64,000 nucleotides of DNA, from the NCBI RefSeq assembly GCF_963921235.1, contig NC_086109.1, positions 5,954,001-6,018,000 of the forward strand. Direction: 5' to 3'. Position numbers and translations under genes: made by a program. The notes under the pieces are model-generated. The model was not told the DNA's origin, searched no databases, and was given only the letters and a program-made list of their open reading frames with translations. The DNA comes from Mobula hypostoma (Eukaryota). The first letter of the stretch is position 1. The number at the start of each line of letters is the position of its first letter. Positions 58,751 to 64,000 of this stretch are shown here, piece by piece.

Positions 58751-59754
58751 CCACCATCCAGGACATGCTCTCATCTCGCTGGTGCCATCAGGACTCACAC
58801 CACCGGCTCCAGGAACAGTTATTACCCCTCAACCATCAACTCCTGAACCAACTTCCCTCAACTTCCTTTGCCCCATCATTGAAATACTCCCACAAGCAAT
58901 GACGCAGAGAGCGGGGGCAGGTGTGTAGAGAGAGCTGGGGGTGAGAGAGAGAGTAAGTGAAAGTGAATAGAGAAATTCAAGACCCTAGCTGAGATGCTAT
59001 GGTGGAGCAAGGAGTGAGACTCAGGCTGGAGACCCCACCACCGGGTTCAGGAACACTTATTACCATTCAACCATCAGACTGTTGGATTACCATGCGTAAC
59101 CACACTCATGTCAACTCTGAATGGATTCGACAATCTATTGACTCAATTCGATGACTCTACAACTCACATTCTTGACATTTATTCATTACTATTTTGTTTT
59201 TTTAAATCTTTTGCACATGGGTTGTTTGTCCATCTGTCTATGAGCAATTTACCATTGATTCTATTGTGCTTCTTTGTATTTACTGTGAATGCCCACAAGA
59301 AAACAAATCTCAGGGTAACATATGGCAATGTACTTCATGTACTTTGTAAATTTAAGTTTAGCTGTAAGTACACAATTATTTCTACATCTTCTTCTCCATC
59401 ACTTCACTAACCTCCTACTGTGACTGTCAAGCATTCATGCCCCTCTCTTAAACAACATCAACTGCCTGCGTCTTCAAATGGACGATCTTAGTCTCCATCC
59501 TATCACAGACATTCCCTCTGTCCTCTCTACCAACCCTACCCTCTTGCACGTTCAAGGGTGCTTATCGTCTGACTGCTGAATCCTGATGCTTTAGTGATCC
59601 AAAGGCTTAAAATTTGTGTCTTATTATTGTTTTATTAAGTGTTAAAAAAGTGAAAAATGAACCAGAAACATGCTAAGAGAACAAAGAAAAGCAAAGAAAA
59701 AGCAGTTGTGGTCATCCTATTTCAGACAAGAGATAACACAAATTCCGGTAATAC

Positions 59755-60110
59755 CATCATTATCACTATGCGCATTGTCGTATGACCTAGGTGATCATGG
59801 TGTTTCCATGACTATGATTGTTCTTGGCCAATTTTTCTACAGAAGTAGTTTGCCATCTTCTGGGCAGTGTCTTTACAAGACGGGTGACCCCAGCCATTAC
59901 CAATACTCTTCAGAGATAGTCTGCCTGGCGTCAGTGGTTGCATAACCAGGACTTGTGATCTGCACTGGCTGCTCATACAACCATCTCCCCTGGGTGACCC
60001 TATTCAGGGGGCTAAGCAGGTGCTACACCTTGCCCAAGGGTGACCTGCAAGCCAGCGGAGGGAAAGGAGTGCCTTACACCTCCTTTGGTAGAGACGCAGG
60101 TCCATCCAGT
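59755..60110 (-). mobile_element. RTE-related SINE-like repeat
   Basis: Reverse complement of the 2068-2410 family, with a (TGA)n-like tail. Confidence 0.7.
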
Positions 60111-60744
60111 CACCAAACAGTGATAATAATTAATCTGTAAAACAGCCAGATTCAAGTGGCGTGACAGCTGTTACTGAAAACTAAGAAGTTTTTAGAAAAA
60201 TACAGAAGCAACTATAGCATATTCACCAGAAAATTCACTGAACAATTGCACATATATAGCTGATTATATAAAAATACAGGCAAGCATAGGGAAGTCAACC
60301 TACAAAAAACTACAACCCTACAGCTCAATCTAACATGACGAAGGGCCACTGGCCTGAAACATCAACTCTTAGTAATCTGTATTGCATTATTATTGTTATG
60401 TGCATGGAAATCCACTGAAATGTTTTGTGCGTCATCCAGACAGGTCATTCCAATACACAAGTACATCAAGGTAGTTGGAAAAAATGTTCTGAAGTCTGAA
60501 GGAAATTTCAGAGCAGGCAGGCAAAATACAAGAGCTGCAAAGAGGTAGATTGGGAGATGGGATGTGCCCTCTTCTCCCTGAAGACCCACACTCAACGATT
60601 CAGGAACAGCTTCTTCCCCTCTGCCATCAGATTTCTGAATGGACATCAAACTCATAAACAAATCTCTCAACATATATAAGTGATACTAAATCCGATTCTG
60701 ATCACGATGGGCTGAATGGCCTAATTCTGCTTCAGTGTCTTACA

Positions 60745-61655
60745 AGAGCATAAGATATAGGAACAGAATTAGGCCATTTGGCCCATCGAGTCTGATCCTC
60801 CATTTCATCACGACTGATCCATTTTTCCTCCCAGCCCCAATCTCCTGCCTTCTTCCCGTACCCCTTCATGCCTAAACCAATCAAGAATCTACCAACCTCT
60901 GCCTTAAACGTACATAAAGATTTGGCCTCCATAGTTGCTTGTGGCAAAGAATGCCACAGATTCACCACTCTCTAGCTAAAGAAATTCCTCCTCATCTCCA
61001 TTCTAAAAGGACACCCCTCTATTCTGAAGCTGTGTCCTCTGGTTTTAACTCCCACCATAGGAAATATCCACTGTATCAAGGCCTTTCACAATTCGACAGG
61101 TTTTAATTAGGTCACCCCTCATTCTTCTGAATTCTAGTGAATACAGGCCCAGAGCCATCAAATACTGTTCATATGACAAGCTGTTAAATCCTGGAATCAT
61201 TTTCGTGAACCTCCTTTGAACCCTCTCCAGTTTCAGCACATCATTTCTAAGATAAGGGGCCTAAAACTGCTCACAGTACTCCAAATGAAGCCTCACCAGT
61301 GCTTTATAAAGTCTCAACATTACATCCTTGCTTTTATATTCTAGTCCTCTTCAATGATTGCTAACATCACATTTACCTTCCTCACCACAGTCCAAACCTG
61401 CAAATTAACCTTTAGGGAATCCTGCACAAGGACTCCCAAATCCCTTTGCACTTAGATTTTTGTGTTTTCTCTCCATTTAGAAAATAGTCAATCCTTTCAT
61501 TTCTTCTACCAAAGTGCATGATCATACACTTCCCGACACTATATTCCATCTGCCATTTCTTTGCCCGTTCTCCTAATCTGTTGGTCCTTCTGTAGCCTCT
61601 CTACTTCCTGCCCCGTCACCTATCTTTGCATCATCTGCAAACTTTGCAACAAAGT
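60745..61655 (-). mobile_element. CR1 3' fragment (~0.9 kb)
   Basis: KFADD region at ~61630-61645 and LERVQRRFTKMIPG..RRMRGDLIKT; cataaga tail. Confidence 0.9.
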
Positions 61656-62541
61656 CTTAAGCTCCCTATTTCCTCTCACCTGCCGGATAACGTGGGTGGG
61701 TGGGTGGGTGCACTGGCCACCTTGACAGGAGAGATGAGTGGTCAAATCGCTAGACCCGGCGGAAGTGGGGGGGTGGGGGGTTGGTTGAACTAGGAGAAAC
61801 AGTTACAGGGAAATCCATGGGGGAATGGGATTGTTCTGTGAACAAGAATAGACTTGATGAACCAGGTGGTCTCAGTCACACCACAGAAACAGGCCCACCA
61901 GCCCAACACATCCACGTCAACCAAGAAGCCCGGCAAAATTAGTCCCATATCCCTCTAAACGATTCTTGTGTATCCGACCAAGTGTCTTTCCTTACTAATC
62001 CTGAAGCTCTTTCCCCTTCCTTTCCAGTCCTGAGGAAGGGTCTCAGCTGGAGCCGTGAACTATTTGCTCATTTCCATGGTGATGCCTGACCTGCTGAGTT
62101 CCTCCAGTGAACTTTTAAACCCTTTCCATGTGAAAACATAGCATACAAAAATAAAAAAATCATCCTGCGGGACAATTCCAGTTTAAATTTTCTAATCCTG
62201 GTTTTAAAAAATCCACAAAAATGCAGACAAACAGGTTTAAAAGAAGGCTGTGTTTATGATTTTGGGATAACTAGTCATTGTAACTCAGTCAGATTAAACT
62301 TGCGCAAGCCACAGTAAAACTAGTTCAGAAACTTTCTGCAACTTCCCTTCCACTAACTGAAATACAGATTCATTTATTTTAAAACAAGATATTGTGAATC
62401 AGAAACAAAGTTTGCAAAACTGGACCTGGTGTGGCAGCTCAGTGACTGTGTATATAGAGAAAGAGAAATTGCCTCTTAAACTCACGAGAGAGCATCGGCC
62501 ATCAACTTTTTGCTGTTGATGTTTCTGTAGCAGGCAATTCC

Positions 62542-62678
62542 TTTTTTATTACGAGGTCAAGTTGCTAGCTCGAAGCTCAGCCCAGCATGGATGGAAAGCG
62601 TGCACGGGAGCCGGCTGGATTTGAACTCGGGACCTTCTGCCCCAGAGTCCAGCGCTGATGCCACTACGCCACCAGCCG
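62542..62678 (-). mobile_element. Short (~135 bp) tRNA-derived SINE
   Basis: Minus strand ggctggtggcgtagtggcatcagcg (A box), gagttcaaatcc (B box), a short body ending gagctagcaacttgacctcgtaa, and an A tail. Confidence 0.75.
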
Positions 62679-62846
62679 CAGAGATTGTTGGACATTTACA
62701 CATCACTGCCATGGAATTCTGTTCTGTACTGTTTGTTGCAACTTCCCTTAAGGGCATTTCACAAAGATTCTCTGGACCCAACAAGATTCTCTGGCTGCTA
62801 CAAGCAGAGAGGAATCAGGGCTGGTAAAGACTCGCACACGGGTGAC

Positions 62847-63280
62847 CTGGAGCCAGTACAGACCGAGAGGAGGTTCTGGAGCTGGTACAGGCAGTGACGG
62901 AGATGACTGAGAGCCAGTACAGCCAGAGGGGTGGTTTTGGAGCTGGTACAGGCAGTGAGGAGGTTCTGGAGCTGGTACAGGCAGTGACGGGGATGACTCA
63001 GAGCCAGTACAGCCGGAGGGGTGGTTTTGGAGCTGGTACAGGCAGTGAGGTGGTTTTGGAGCTGGTACAGGCGGTGAGGAGGTTCTGGAGCTGGTACAGG
63101 CGGTGACGGGGATGACTCAGAGCCAGTACAGCCGGAGGGGTGGTTTTGGAGCTGGTACAGGCAGTGAGGAGGTTCTGGAGCTGGTACAGGCAGTGACGGG
63201 GATGACTCAGAGCCAGTACAGCCCGAGGGGTGGTTTTGGAGCTGGTAGGTGGTGGGCAGGAGTGACTCAGAGCTGAGTAT
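62847..63280. repeat. Minisatellite with ~30-bp subunits in a ~90-bp higher-order unit
   Basis: Subunits ggagctggtacaggcagtgaggaggttct, ggagctggtacaggcagtgacggggatgactc and agagccagtacagccggaggggtggtttt alternate. Confidence 0.92.
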
Positions 63281-64000
63281 GGTCAGAACTGAGTTCTTCC
63301 AGAAGATTCCATGTTGCTCCATAGTTTAGCATCTGTTGCCTCTCAAGACTCCACCCTTTGCCATGTCTGACCCACCAAGACCTTTCAGTTACACTGTATA
63401 ATCTGTCTCAGGGATTCCTGACCTGGGGTCTGTGGACCATTTGCTTAATGGTATTGGTCCATGCATAAAAAAAGTTGGAAGCCCCTAGATCATCAATTGC
63501 ATAATCCCTGAAGTTGTTGCCATTTTGTTCCATAAGAGGGATTGCTTCTCACACTTCATACTTCTTACGTGGAATGCTCCTGTTTAAGGATCCCTGACAT
63601 TAAACACTGCGGCCAGTTTGGCAAAGCCTTTGCCTCGCCTCCAAAAAAAACCAGTTCTCTGAATGCTTGATTGGTTGGTTCTGCACTCTCTGCTCAGTCA
63701 GCTCCTTCACCCCTCTGCACGGCTTTTGTCTACAGCAGCTTTCGTTCAGTGACGGTGATGGATGCAGAAAGGTACGAGCCATTCCAGCAGGAAACTGTTA
63801 CACCCCGAGACACGAACTGCTAATGAACGTACTCACATAACCAGCGTCAGGTCTGCAAAAACAGGCCAAAGACTGGAGGTAAGAGGACTGATCTCTGAAA
63901 GCTTACGGAGGTAAGTGGCCTGTCTGTATGGGTGGGTGGGTGAGAGGGTGAGAAAGGGACTTGTTTTGCTGTTGTTTAGGCTGTTCTGTTGAACACTGCT

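Noticed and set aside
62600..62678. tRNA gene
   Set aside because: It has A and B boxes but no good cloverleaf, and continues into a SINE body and A tail. The same applies to the HE1-like heads.
62798..63322. 174-aa repetitive ORF
   Set aside because: It is a translation of the minisatellite, with no recognisable domain or supporting exon structure.
63409..63487. Small hAT-Charlie-like MITE (cagggattcc..ggaagccccta)
   Set aside because: The termini are degenerate and I found no 8-bp TSD; plausible but unsupported.

Overview
Eukaryotic, repeat-saturated DNA. The repeat content (HE1-like V-SINEs, HER1/CR1 LINEs, abundant Penelope-like elements) points to a cartilaginous fish, probably a ray or skate; this is inferred, not proven. 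I could not recognise any host protein-coding exon, so the window is probably a large intron or gene desert. Every recognisable ORF is a transposon relic: CR1 and Rex1/Babar reverse transcriptases, Penelope RT-thumb/GIY-YIG, L2, an R4/Dong RLE-type LINE missed by the ORF track, and Tc1, hAT and Harbinger remnants. There are also two solo LTRs with 4-bp target-site duplications (TSDs). Many insertions are nested and can be resolved by their TSDs. The most notable signal is a minimal type-I hammerhead-ribozyme motif in the Penelope terminal repeats. The same repeat also forms ~200-bp fold-back mini-elements with their own 13-14-bp TSDs, and in two of them the hairpin apex falls at the ribozyme core. 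Other points: a composite transposon bounded by two mini-MITEs, template-switch chimeras, a CR1-derived minisatellite and a tandem pair of CTCF-like motifs. Family names come from motif recognition by eye, not database searches. Boundaries without a stated TSD are approximate, and many short degraded fragments are not listed.
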